Shown piece after piece: positions 8,043 through 16,086 of a stretch of DNA of 43,097 nucleotides. A program made the position numbers and the translations under genes. The first letter of the stretch is position 1. The number at the start of each line of letters is the position of its first letter. Below the pieces are notes generated by a model that saw nothing but the letters and a program-made list of their open reading frames with translations, ran no database searches and had not been told where the DNA came from. Source of the DNA: a virus (Duplodnaviria; Caudoviricetes); the IMG/VR virus record IMGVR_UViG_3300009160_002016, positions 1-43,097 of that record; one strand, given 5' to 3'.

Positions 8043-9139
8043 GCTCGTGCGGCTTTGGCGTATTTCTCGGGATGCGCAAGCGCATCCGCCCCTTTGGTTG
8101 CGATGATCCTCCGCCGAGATTCGGGCAGGCTCGACCACACTGCGGCGGTTTCTACCCCAGTGCCGTTCAAGATGCCCGCCGCCCTTTGCCAGTGAAACGC
8201 GGGAGGCGTTTTGAGGTCAACGTGGGATGCTGCGGCGACCTCCTTGGGCACCAGCTTGTTCATCTCCGGCCTCTTACGGGCAAGATCCACAAACCGCTCG
8301 CAATCCGTCCGAAACGAATTCAGCGAAACCAATGGTGCCGTGCGCTGACCGATGCCCCCGCGATAGACCCGATACTCTCGTTGCGTCAGTTCGTTGGCGT
8401 AGGCCAGAAGGAGGGACTCCGGGGTGAACTTCTCTGCGCCGCTGTTCAACGTCGCGATGTAGGCCGTCTTCTGGTCCCGGGTCAGGCCTGTTTGCTTGAC
8501 GAGGGGTGCAACCGGATCGTGTCGCCGAGCCGCGTCGATCTCGTCCGTGGTGGGCTCAATGTTCAGGGCGCAACACGGTGGAAGCTCCAAGTCGAAGTCA
8601 AGAAACCCATCACCTCGCAGTCCTTCTTCCCTTTCCCTTTCCTTTTCCTTTTCCTTTTCCTTATCTCTTTCTTCGGAGGAATTCGATTCGAATCGAATTC
8701 CTAAAACGTTCGAACTCGATGGGTATTCAATTCCTTTCGGATAGCCTTCGATTACCCATTGATTATGAATCGAATAGGTACCCTTGGAATCGTTACCAAT
8801 CAACACCGGGAGGTGATGTTTGAGAACCAGCCTGATAGCGGGCTGGTGGGGCTTCTTAAGAGCGGAAAGACCACCCGCGTTTTGGAAGCCGATGTATTTC
8901 GGAAGCCACCATTTCTCGCTCGGAAGTTTCACAAGGCGCTCCTTACCTGCGATCTCAGCGAACGCCTCCATCGTGAAAGTCGAGTCGCCAAGGTATCCTG
9001 CAAAAAGGAAGTTTGGCAATTCGATGATCCCAGCTTGGTTGCATCGGTCATTGACGAAGCTCCACGCCAACTTGTGGACGTTGCTTAAATTGCCGTGCCA
9101 AGAGTCATCCCACTTGTCGGTGTTGGTGAACCGCTTCAT
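8039..9139 (-). CDS. Phage replication initiator (DnaD/lambda-O-like architecture)
   Basis: N-terminus 'KRFTNTDKWDDSW..L...KL.W..V.DRCN.AGI', a low-complexity linker with an EKEKEKE tract, and position directly upstream of dnaB. Confidence 0.75.
   Translation of the reverse strand: MKRFTNTDKWDDSWHGNLSNVHKLAWSFVNDRCNQAGIIELPNFLFAGYLGDSTFTMEAFAEIAGKERLVKLPSEKWWLPKYIGFQNAGGLSALKKPHQPAIRLVLKHHLPVLIGNDSKGTYSIHNQWVIEGYPKGIEYPSSSNVLGIRFESNSSEERDKEKEKEKEREREEGLRGDGFLDFDLELPPCCALNIEPTTDEIDAARRHDPVAPLVKQTGLTRDQKTAYIATLNSGAEKFTPESLLLAYANELTQREYRVYRGGIGQRTAPLVSLNSFRTDCERFVDLARKRPEMNKLVPKEVAAASHVDLKTPPAFHWQRAAGILNGTGVETAAVWSSLPESRRRIIATKGADALAHPEKYAKAARA
8628..8662. repeat. (TTTTCC)n-like tract encoding the EKEKEKERE linker
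   Basis: Direct reading of the sequence. Confidence 0.8.
8677..8702. repeat. Perfect 26-bp palindrome AGGAATTCGATTCGAATCGAATTCCT, candidate origin element
   Basis: The sequence equals its own reverse complement; both strands translate to GIRFESNS. Confidence 0.9.
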
Positions 9140-9486
9140 GGCTCCCTCCCGGTATCAGACAGGACGGGCTCTGCGGCCTCACGGTGCGGGGCCTCGGGTT
9201 CGGCGGCGGCGATTGCGGCGCGGGCCACGTCTACAGCCGTGCGTAACCGTTTAACCCCTTCCGACGTTGACGGTGATGTCGCAGCATTGCTGACAAGAAG
9301 CTTCAGCGCGGCGAGAAGTTGCGGCGCGGCGGCGATTAGTCGGGCGTTGGCGTCAATGAATCGGACGGTATCCTTGGAATAGCTCCCGTGACATTGGCAC
9401 ACGACATCATGCGCCGATTCACTTACAACCATACCAGCGTCGATTATCGCCCGCCAAGGCCCCGGAGTGTGACTCGGTTGACTCAT
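9136..9486 (-). CDS. Conserved small phage protein (HTPGPW...NARLIAAAP family)
   Basis: Characteristic 'HTPGPW' and 'DANARLIAAAPQLLAALK' motifs. Confidence 0.8.
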   Translation of the reverse strand: MSQPSHTPGPWRAIIDAGMVVSESAHDVVCQCHGSYSKDTVRFIDANARLIAAAPQLLAALKLLVSNAATSPSTSEGVKRLRTAVDVARAAIAAAEPEAPHREAAEPVLSDTGREP

Positions 9487-9671
9487 GCGCCCTCCCTTCC
9501 GTATTGGAGGCTAGAGGACGCAAACGTGCGCTTGACGCACCCGACGGGGTGTGATAGTTCTTCTTTCATCGGAACTTCAAAGAACGCCGCGTTACGGATT
9601 ACGAGTCCTGCGCGGCGTTTTTTGTGCATGTCAGTCTGGCATGACAACAAACGGGGCGCAAGTGTTTTCAC
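9483..9671 (-). CDS. Hypothetical protein
   Basis: 62 aa, GTG start, stop overlaps the next ATG. Confidence 0.35.
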   Translation of the reverse strand: MKTLAPRLLSCQTDMHKKRRAGLVIRNAAFFEVPMKEELSHPVGCVKRTFASSSLQYGREGA

Positions 9672-9707
9672 GGCGGGTAGGAATTTGATAAACTTCGCGG
9701 GGTTGCG

Positions 9708-9941
9708 TCACAAATGTTTGGCCGCCCACGCGGCCATGATGGACTGAAGCCGCTCCGTTGCCCCGGGTTCCGGCTGGTTGGCGGAGTCGAGCACGTCTTG
9801 CAAATCAAGGCGCAACCACCACTCACGGTCGCACTGGTCCTCCCAGCAGTCCTGACAGATGTCGTAGGTGCCTGCCCCTTTTGCGGAGGGCCATGTGAGT
9901 TCGTTCGCCTCGATCGGGCGGGAGCATCGCGGGCAGCTCAA
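9708..9941 (-). CDS. Small zinc-finger protein
   Basis: Probable TTG start at 9941 (TTGA overlap); CPRC and CQDC pairs. Confidence 0.55.
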   Translation of the reverse strand: MSCPRCSRPIEANELTWPSAKGAGTYDICQDCWEDQCDREWWLRLDLQDVLDSANQPEPGATERLQSIMAAWAAKHL

Positions 9942-10141
9942 AACTCGCCCTCCCACGCCATCACTTGAGGATTCGCCTCGATTGCCGATGTCAGTTGATC
10001 GACCAACGCGCGGAGTTCCACAACCTTTTCTCGAAGCTCCACGGCCTCTTGGCGCGAGGCTTTCAGTTCGGCGCATGTTGTGGCGAGGGATTCGTGTTCC
10101 TGCCACGCAACGAGGCAGGAAGGGCAGTAGTGGGCGGTCAT
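9938..10141 (-). CDS. Small coiled-coil protein with CxxC
   Basis: 67 aa, ATGA-coupled. Confidence 0.6.
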   Translation of the reverse strand: MTAHYCPSCLVAWQEHESLATTCAELKASRQEAVELREKVVELRALVDQLTSAIEANPQVMAWEGEF

Positions 10142-10407
10142 AGGTCGGCCTCCGGTTGTTCGCGGCGAAGCTCAATCAAGGCGCGGGCCAGGGCTTGTGC
10201 GTTGTGCTCCGCAAGGGCCCGGGCTTCCTTCACTTCGGCTTGCGTCGCCGACAGTTGCGATTGCAGGAGATCCCACGCCAGGGCTCCGTTTGCGTTGAGC
10301 GCCCGGAGTTCGTCGCGCTCGCGTTCAATGCGAACGAGTTCGCAGCCAAGGCACGACCCATCAGTCAAGTCCGGGTCGTCAAAATGTTTTGGGCATAGGT
10401 CAGTCAT
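10138..10407 (-). CDS. Small coiled-coil protein with Cys/His motif
   Basis: ATG at 10407 overlaps the upstream stop; CPKH and CLGC followed by a coiled coil. Confidence 0.6.
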   Translation of the reverse strand: MTDLCPKHFDDPDLTDGSCLGCELVRIERERDELRALNANGALAWDLLQSQLSATQAEVKEARALAEHNAQALARALIELRREQPEADL

Positions 10408-10631
10408 GATTCTTTTCCGTAGCATCCGCACCCGTTCATGCACCCGTCGCATGGGCGGTAGGTGGCCTTGCAGTTGGCACCGAGATCCTCCAACATTCTC
10501 ATTCTACGCTCGTCTGCGGCAGTAAATGGGATCGCGCGCCGTTGCTCGTGCCGGATCCACTGGATAATCCTCCACGCGATCACCAGAGCGGTGATTCCAG
10601 CCATCGCGATTACCTGGCCTCCTTCAATCAT
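10404..10631 (-). CDS. Small membrane protein with Cys-rich tail
   Basis: ATG at 10631 (ATGA overlap); TM-like VIAMAGITALVIAW; C-terminal CDGCMNGCGC. Confidence 0.55.
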   Translation of the reverse strand: MIEGGQVIAMAGITALVIAWRIIQWIRHEQRRAIPFTAADERRMRMLEDLGANCKATYRPCDGCMNGCGCYGKES

Positions 10632-10942
10632 GCTTCCAGCCCTCCCCGTGATGCGAACTCTTCCTCGAACCAAAGCGGCACCCCGGCCTTTTTCGCCAGT
10701 TTCGTGACAGCCTCGTCCTCATCGCGTCCGTGGGCACTCATCGCGATAAACCCCGGCTTGGTCTTTCTAGCAAAGCTGCCGAGAGCTTCGATGCCGCCGC
10801 ATTTACCCTCACCGACGCGGATTCGGTGGGTCCGATACCAAGCCAGCCGAGGAGACGGCGACTCGGGGAGAAGGAACAAAAGCGGGTCTTCGATCGTGAA
10901 TCCGCCATTGACATCGCCGGGATGTCGTTTAGTTGCTTGCAT
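10628..10942 (-). CDS. Hypothetical protein
   Basis: 104 aa, first gene after the structured leader. Confidence 0.6.
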   Translation of the reverse strand: MQATKRHPGDVNGGFTIEDPLLFLLPESPSPRLAWYRTHRIRVGEGKCGGIEALGSFARKTKPGFIAMSAHGRDEDEAVTKLAKKAGVPLWFEEEFASRGGLEA

Positions 10943-10949
10943 ACTTCGG

Positions 10950-11047
10950 AGGCCCCCGCTTGCGCAAATGTCCCGTCACGGACGCGCACGGGGGCCTTTT
11001 TGTTTTGGTTTTCGACTGCCGAGTTCCTGACGGGGAACCTACGCGGC
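10950..11047 (-). ncRNA. Candidate structured leader RNA: two hairpins with complementary loops
   Basis: Hairpins at 11018-11047 and 10950-10997. The loops (+ strand TGACGG and CGTCAC) can pair. Upstream promoter-like TTGACA-17-CAGGTT. Confidence 0.55.
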
Positions 11048-11054
11048 GAGGCTC

Positions 11055-11083
11055 AACCTGATTCCAGTCGCCGGCTTTGTCAA
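11055..11083 (-). promoter_or_regulatory. Sigma70-like leftward promoter
   Basis: Consensus -35 TTGACA (11083-11078), 17-nt spacer, weak -10 CAGGTT. Confidence 0.5.
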
Positions 11084-11094
11084 CGCTGAAAGAA

Positions 11095-11736
11095 TCAGGC
11101 GTTGCTGGAATTTCCAGAAGTTCCCGCGATGCCCATGGCTGAAAGTTTCGCCATCACAGAATCAAGCGCCCCTGGGTACTCTAACAGGCGCATTAGGAGA
11201 AGGTCGCGAACGGCGGGCTGGTCGAGCAATTCGTTGAGGCCGAGCGCCTGCTTCGTCTCGCCTTCGATTGGGGTTCGCGGCGTCGGGGTGCCGACAAAAT
11301 TGGCGAGATACATCTCAGCTCCAGCCTTGCGGGCCGCGTTGTCCTCGACCTCCATGGCGGCCCCGGCGACGGTCACCATCTTTTTGGCGTGCATGAGTCC
11401 GTGGATCACGTCGGCCAAATTGTCGGGTGAGATACGGCGATCAATCGCGGCCAACACGTCCTCATGGCGTCGCGCCGGGTCACGGATAAACCCCTTGTCG
11501 GCCACGCGCCGCCGTCCCCACATCCGGGAACCTTCCGCGATGGCGTTGGCAAAGTCTCGCGCAGCGTCGGGATCGCTGCACTCTTCAAGATTCACGCCTC
11601 CCTGATCCGTCACAAGGTAGAGCCCGGTCGAGTCCGGGAAAATCCCCGCCGCACGCGCCGCTGGCCCCGGCAGGACGACGATCAAACCACCGCCCGGAGC
11701 CGCAACTTGATGGATGGCGACGGGAGCCTCGGCCAT
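11095..11736 (-). CDS. Hypothetical protein; C-terminal half resembles terminase small subunits
   Basis: Probable start MAEAPVAIHQ at 11736. Helical 'EDNAARKAGAEMYLANFVGTP' resembles TerS-like oligomerisation segments (weak). Confidence 0.5.
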   Translation of the reverse strand: MAEAPVAIHQVAAPGGGLIVVLPGPAARAAGIFPDSTGLYLVTDQGGVNLEECSDPDAARDFANAIAEGSRMWGRRRVADKGFIRDPARRHEDVLAAIDRRISPDNLADVIHGLMHAKKMVTVAGAAMEVEDNAARKAGAEMYLANFVGTPTPRTPIEGETKQALGLNELLDQPAVRDLLLMRLLEYPGALDSVMAKLSAMGIAGTSGNSSNA

Positions 11737-11740
11737 GCGA

Positions 11741-12022
11741 TCAACCCTCGTGATGCTCGTTCCAAAGACGACACAACGCCAGGAAGTCGGCAAGCCGGAT
11801 GTTCTTGCCCCACGACCAATCGTAGATCGTCTTCGGCGACACGGCCAGCGCCTCCGCAACGCCATCCGCGCCCAACTTTTTCGCGCCTTTCACGCGCACC
11901 GCCATCAGGGCTTTTACTGCAAGCGGGCAACGATAGCGCACGGCGCGGCGTAGGTGGACAATTTCCACCCATTCAAGGGGCATACGGCATTCTTTCGGCA
12001 GTTCTTGCTCCATTAAGGGCAT
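11741..12022 (-). CDS. Cro/CI-type HTH regulator
   Basis: HTH 'GADGVAEALAVSPKTIYDWSWGK'; first gene left of the divergent region. Confidence 0.7.
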   Translation of the reverse strand: MPLMEQELPKECRMPLEWVEIVHLRRAVRYRCPLAVKALMAVRVKGAKKLGADGVAEALAVSPKTIYDWSWGKNIRLADFLALCRLWNEHHEG

Positions 12023-12104
12023 GGCGCAATATGCCATCGAAAAATTACTGAGCAAGCGAAAGAATTGCACTTGCACAATTACTGGAGCGCAGTAAATAGA
12101 CAAC
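12023..12104. promoter_or_regulatory. Divergent promoter/operator region
   Basis: AT-rich. Leftward TTGCTC-16-CATATT, rightward TTGCAC-16-TAAATA, inverted repeat TTACTG-N5-CAGTAA (12079-12095), and a second AATTACTG at 12043-12050. Confidence 0.65.
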
Positions 12105-12359
12105 ATGCCAGTTGAAACCAAGGTAGCCATTGGCCCGAAAGGGTCGCAACGCGTCTTCACTGTCCGATCGACGGAAAACGCAATCACCGTCACCATGGAG
12201 GGCCGCCCCGGAACGTGGTCCTACCCTCACGCAACCGGGCCGGAGGTCGCCCAAGAGACAGTCGCCCTCATGATTCAGGATCTTGGTCGGGCCTGCTGGT
12301 CCGCTGCTGTAGAGACCTGCATTCATTCCACCGCTGCGAGCCTAAACGAACTCCGGTAA
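12105..12359 (+). CDS. Hypothetical protein
   Basis: 84 aa, first gene of the rightward operon. Confidence 0.6.
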   Translation: MPVETKVAIGPKGSQRVFTVRSTENAITVTMEGRPGTWSYPHATGPEVAQETVALMIQDLGRACWSAAVETCIHSTAASLNELR

Positions 12360-12360
12360 G

Positions 12361-12543
12361 ATGAAAAAAACCAAGCTCGAAATCATTAAGCTCGTTGACG
12401 GGTCAACCGTCACTACCGGGGACTTTGTTCCGCCGGATTCCTACTTCACGTTTTGCGAGGCTCTCGCGGAAACGCTTTCCGAAAACGACCCGCTCGTGGT
12501 CGAGGCTGTCATGGCTGAGATGGAAGAAAGGATGGCAGCATGA
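12361..12543 (+). CDS. Hypothetical protein
   Basis: 60 aa, tightly packed. Confidence 0.6.
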   Translation: MKKTKLEIIKLVDGSTVTTGDFVPPDSYFTFCEALAETLSENDPLVVEAVMAEMEERMAA

Positions 12544-12818
12544 GTCTCGCCAAAAACCAGTTCGAGGCCGCAGGGCTTGTCTGGACTGTCATCAAGGACG
12601 ATGGCGGTGACATCACTATTGAGGCCCCCGGGTTTTCGGTGATTGCTTTCATGCCTGAAAACGGCGAAATGGAGATTCAGGTAGCCGACTTGTTTGCAAA
12701 GCTGGCGCCATTCCTTCACGCCGCCGGAAGGGCGCAAGGCAAAGAGGAGATTTGCCACGTTTGGGATGAGTTTGCCTCCAAAGAGGCAGCAAAGGCGGCG
12801 GAGGCGCTGGCATCATGA
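12540..12818 (+). CDS. Hypothetical protein
   Basis: 92 aa, ATGA-coupled. Confidence 0.65.
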   Translation: MSLAKNQFEAAGLVWTVIKDDGGDITIEAPGFSVIAFMPENGEMEIQVADLFAKLAPFLHAAGRAQGKEEICHVWDEFASKEAAKAAEALAS

Positions 12819-13843
12819 GCGCACGAGACCTTCCTCAATCAATCGAAACGCCAGACGTGATGCCGTTGGGTGTCGTTGAATCCCTGCAACGGGCCGAAAT
12901 CGACGTTCAGATTGCGACCGCCAAACGCTATCCCCGGTCCATCGCTCAATTCAAAGCGACGGCCACGGAGATGGTCAGCATGGACGAAGAGACCGCCGAA
13001 AGCTGCATTTACCGGCGTCCAGTGGGCGGCGGTAAAGTCGCGGAGGGCATGTCCGTCCGCATGGCTGAAATCGTGGCGTCCTGCTACGGAAACATCCGAG
13101 TCGGGACCATGATCATTGAGCAAACCGAGCGCCAAGTGAAGGCTCGCGGGTTCTGCCACGACGTGCAAAACAACGTCGCGGCCACGGTTGAAGTCGTGGA
13201 ATCTACCATCAAAGCCAACGGGCAGCCCTACGATGAGCGGATGCGCGTTGTCGTCGCGAAGGCGGCGGCGGCCAAGGCTTACCGGGATGCCGTCTTCAAG
13301 GTCGTGCCTCGCGGGCTCTGTAAGGCTCTGGAAGAAATGGCGCGGCAAGTTGCCATCGGTGACGCCACGACGTTCACAAAACGCCGGGACGCGGTGATGG
13401 GATGGCTTGCGCGGATCGGCGTTGACGGCCCTCGCGCGTTCGCTGCCCTCGGCATCAAGGGTGTTGAGGACATCGGAGTTGAGCAACTTGTGACGCTGAC
13501 CGGATACAAAACGGCGATCAAGGATGGCGAGATCACAGTGGACGAAGCGTTTCCACCCAATCGCCGCGAGGCATCGGCACCCGCAAGCAATCCATTCAAG
13601 AACAAGGCGGCTGAGAAAGCGGAGGCGCCCACATTATCGCCCCGCGCTGAGTTGGAGCGCCAGTTGCAAGAGCTCATGCAATTGGACGATGTGAGCGAGG
13701 CGCAACTAAAGGGTGAACTTGCCATCCGGCACAAAAAGCCCATGACCATCGCTCTGCTTTCTGACGAAGAGCTTGCGGAGATTTTGAATCCCACAAAATG
13801 GGCAGTCGTGGTCAAGAACATCAACACCGATCCGCTAGCATGA
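12815..13843 (+). CDS. Conserved phage protein, candidate single-strand annealing protein
   Basis: 'RAEIDVQIATAKRYPRS...AESCIY..P.GG...EG.SVR.AE' family motif; coupled to the YqaJ exonuclease gene. Confidence 0.6.
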   Translation: MSARDLPQSIETPDVMPLGVVESLQRAEIDVQIATAKRYPRSIAQFKATATEMVSMDEETAESCIYRRPVGGGKVAEGMSVRMAEIVASCYGNIRVGTMIIEQTERQVKARGFCHDVQNNVAATVEVVESTIKANGQPYDERMRVVVAKAAAAKAYRDAVFKVVPRGLCKALEEMARQVAIGDATTFTKRRDAVMGWLARIGVDGPRAFAALGIKGVEDIGVEQLVTLTGYKTAIKDGEITVDEAFPPNRREASAPASNPFKNKAAEKAEAPTLSPRAELERQLQELMQLDDVSEAQLKGELAIRHKKPMTIALLSDEELAEILNPTKWAVVVKNINTDPLA

Positions 13844-14637
13844 ACCCGCCCGACTGCCAAGTTCACTTTTGCGCGCAACGCTCGCCTGAGTGGTTCGAGC
13901 TTCGCCGAGGATACCTGACCGCTACCGATTTCGGCCCATGGCTGATTGAGAAGCCGGAGGTCCGGTTGACCATCAAGGAGATTCAAGCTGAGCTAGATCG
14001 GCTTGGGATTGCGTATCCAAGCAAAGGGCTCAAGGATGAATACGTGGCGCTGCTTCCCGATATCACGCCCTACCTTTCCTACACCAAAACCCGCAACAAA
14101 GCGTGGGAATCGGCGCTCGGTAAGGTTCTGGCGGGCATTGCGGGACTCTGGGAGGCTCCGACGCGCGAGACCGAGGCCATGCGGCGCGGGACCGAGCTTG
14201 AGCCGGATGCCGTCGCCGCGTTTGAAGCGTGGTCAGGGCATCAGGTGACGCAGGTTGGATTCTGCGCTTCAAAGTTCGGTCGATTCGGTTGTTCGCCAGA
14301 CGGATTGATCAACACAGGCGACTCGGTAAAGGGACTCGAAAGCAAGGTGCCGGAACCCTCAACGCACATCGTGCGCCGCCGCGCCGCAGTGCTGCCCTAC
14401 GAGCACCTCTATCAAGTCCACGGGTGCATGGCCGTCACGGGATGCACGTCGTGGTTTTACCAGAACTGGAACCCTGGTCTTGCCAGTCTACGCATCGAGG
14501 TTCAGCGCGACGCATTCACCGATGACCTCTTCGCCGGACTCAAGGCATTCTCCGCCGACGTAGACCGCGCCCTCGCCGAAGAATCGGCGGCGTGGGAATC
14601 TGAATTCCAATCTCAACCCGAACTTTCTGCCGCATGA
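13840..14637 (+). CDS. YqaJ/lambda-exonuclease family protein
   Basis: 'QRSPEWFELRRGYLTAT', 'AMRRGTELEP.A', 'GCSPDGL', 'LESKVP' and 'YQV' motifs; ATG at 13840 overlaps the upstream stop. Confidence 0.9.
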   Translation: MNPPDCQVHFCAQRSPEWFELRRGYLTATDFGPWLIEKPEVRLTIKEIQAELDRLGIAYPSKGLKDEYVALLPDITPYLSYTKTRNKAWESALGKVLAGIAGLWEAPTRETEAMRRGTELEPDAVAAFEAWSGHQVTQVGFCASKFGRFGCSPDGLINTGDSVKGLESKVPEPSTHIVRRRAAVLPYEHLYQVHGCMAVTGCTSWFYQNWNPGLASLRIEVQRDAFTDDLFAGLKAFSADVDRALAEESAAWESEFQSQPELSAA

Positions 14638-14855
14638 GAACCGAAATCACCACCACCATCTTCGTCGAGCACGAGGGCGAAAACCGCGAGATCCTCGTCA
14701 CCGGGATCCTTGACGAACCCCGGGACTATCCCGGATATCCAGGACAAGGCGACTCGGTCGAGATCACGGACGCCGAAACCATGGACGGCGAGCCGTGGAC
14801 TCTGTCCGCCGAGGACGAAGAACGCGCTATTGCGAAGATGATGGAAACCGCCTAA
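14634..14855 (+). CDS. Small acidic hypothetical protein
   Basis: 73 aa, ATGA-coupled. Confidence 0.65.
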   Translation: MRTEITTTIFVEHEGENREILVTGILDEPRDYPGYPGQGDSVEITDAETMDGEPWTLSAEDEERAIAKMMETA

Positions 14856-14908
14856 GCCATGACCAGGGGCGGGCACTTTTTACCGCAAGTTTAGCATCGA
14901 CCTTAGCA

Positions 14909-15301
14909 ATGAAAGATCTCCGCGCAGCTTACCGCCACATCACCCGGATCGACGACGACCACGCCCGCACGCACGGGTGGCGCGTCCGATTCCAAACCCA
15001 AGGCGACCTGCAAACGAAGCTCTTCTCTGACCGCAAGCACGGCGGAAAGTCCGGGGCATTGAAGGCCGCAAGGAAGTGGCGCGACGAGAACAAAAAGCCC
15101 GCGAAGGAATCCAAGCCAACCGGCGGCACGGCCCGGGTCCGCCTCTCAACGATCAACGGCAAGCAGTTTTGGCGTGCGCTACTACCCGTTGCCGATGTAA
15201 CCAAAACCAAAAGCTTCGCGGTCCACATTTACGGACGCGACGAGGCCAAACGCCGGGCCGAGGCTTGGCTTGAATTGAACCGCGAAGGAATCCCCTCATG
15301 A
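14909..15301 (+). CDS. AP2-domain DNA-binding protein (two AP2-like repeats)
   Basis: 'GWRVRF...TKLFSDRKHGG...ALKAARKWRD' and 'FWRA...TKSFAVHIYG.DEAKRRA'. Confidence 0.8.
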   Translation: MKDLRAAYRHITRIDDDHARTHGWRVRFQTQGDLQTKLFSDRKHGGKSGALKAARKWRDENKKPAKESKPTGGTARVRLSTINGKQFWRALLPVADVTKTKSFAVHIYGRDEAKRRAEAWLELNREGIPS

Positions 15302-15702
15302 ACGACCCTATTTCACCAAGTGCAGATTGTCGTCCCTTCCCTGGGGCGCGGATTGAAACACCAAAAACGGAATTGTCAGCCGCCGACACAAGCGCGGACG
15401 TGACCGCAGAAACGCGGGAAACCCCCGCCCCTCAACACGGAGAGGCGGGGCTGGTGGAGGCGGCGCTCATCTACGCGGAAGGCGAATGGGATCGCATAGG
15501 TGAAATTGGCTTTGCCCTTGAGCGAGAGGGGTATGCGCGATCTGAAATTGCAATGGGAATCCTCGCCGCCGAGGTCCGCCGGTTGCAAGAGTTCAAGGAC
15601 CACTACACCGAACTTGCGAAAGCCAACGGGTTTGGCTCCATCACGGAGGCGGTCACGGCAGGAAGGCTGTATTTTCAATCTCAAGCAGAACGAAAAAGGT
15701 GA
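15298..15702 (+). CDS. Hypothetical protein
   Basis: 134 aa, ATGA-coupled. Confidence 0.6.
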   Translation: MNDPISPSADCRPFPGARIETPKTELSAADTSADVTAETRETPAPQHGEAGLVEAALIYAEGEWDRIGEIGFALEREGYARSEIAMGILAAEVRRLQEFKDHYTELAKANGFGSITEAVTAGRLYFQSQAERKR

Positions 15703-15729
15703 GAGGGCCGATGGAAGCGAAATAAATCT

Positions 15730-16086
15730 ATGAAACCAAAATCAAACGTGGCCGCTTCCAGCGGTTCTCTCCACCGCCTTGTTCGGCTTTTTAGGGCTGT
15801 GTGGTCCGATGTGGGAATAGCCCCCAAAGACGCTGCAATGGTATTCTTGGCTGGCGTAATCGTGGCGATCCCCGTCATGGCCCTTGTGTGGGCGACGGCA
15901 TGGGCGCTGTGCCGCCTGAGTGGGAAGCCACTCGATGACAACGCAATGATGGCAAGTGTCACGGCGCTGTTCTTGGGGTACTGCATGGTCCGCGCTGCAA
16001 TCTACCTCCGCGACAAGTGGCGCGAATCCAGTAAGCCGAACAGAAGGCGCTATGATCTTGAAAATCCACGACACACCAGGGACTGA
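15730..16086 (+). CDS. Membrane protein (two predicted TM helices)
   Basis: Two hydrophobic stretches and a basic C-terminus. Confidence 0.6.
   Translation: MKPKSNVAASSGSLHRLVRLFRAVWSDVGIAPKDAAMVFLAGVIVAIPVMALVWATAWALCRLSGKPLDDNAMMASVTALFLGYCMVRAAIYLRDKWRESSKPNRRRYDLENPRHTRD

Noticed and set aside
10950-11095. tRNA gene
   Set aside because: No cloverleaf, T-loop GTTCRA or acceptor stem. I recognised no tRNA or rRNA anywhere in the window.
35-12051. Plus-strand ORFs across the leftward operon
   Set aside because: They overlap a tightly ATGA-coupled minus-strand gene chain and have Arg-rich, shadow-like translations.
15730-16086. Holin
   Set aside because: It has two TM segments, but it sits in the early operon with no endolysin nearby.
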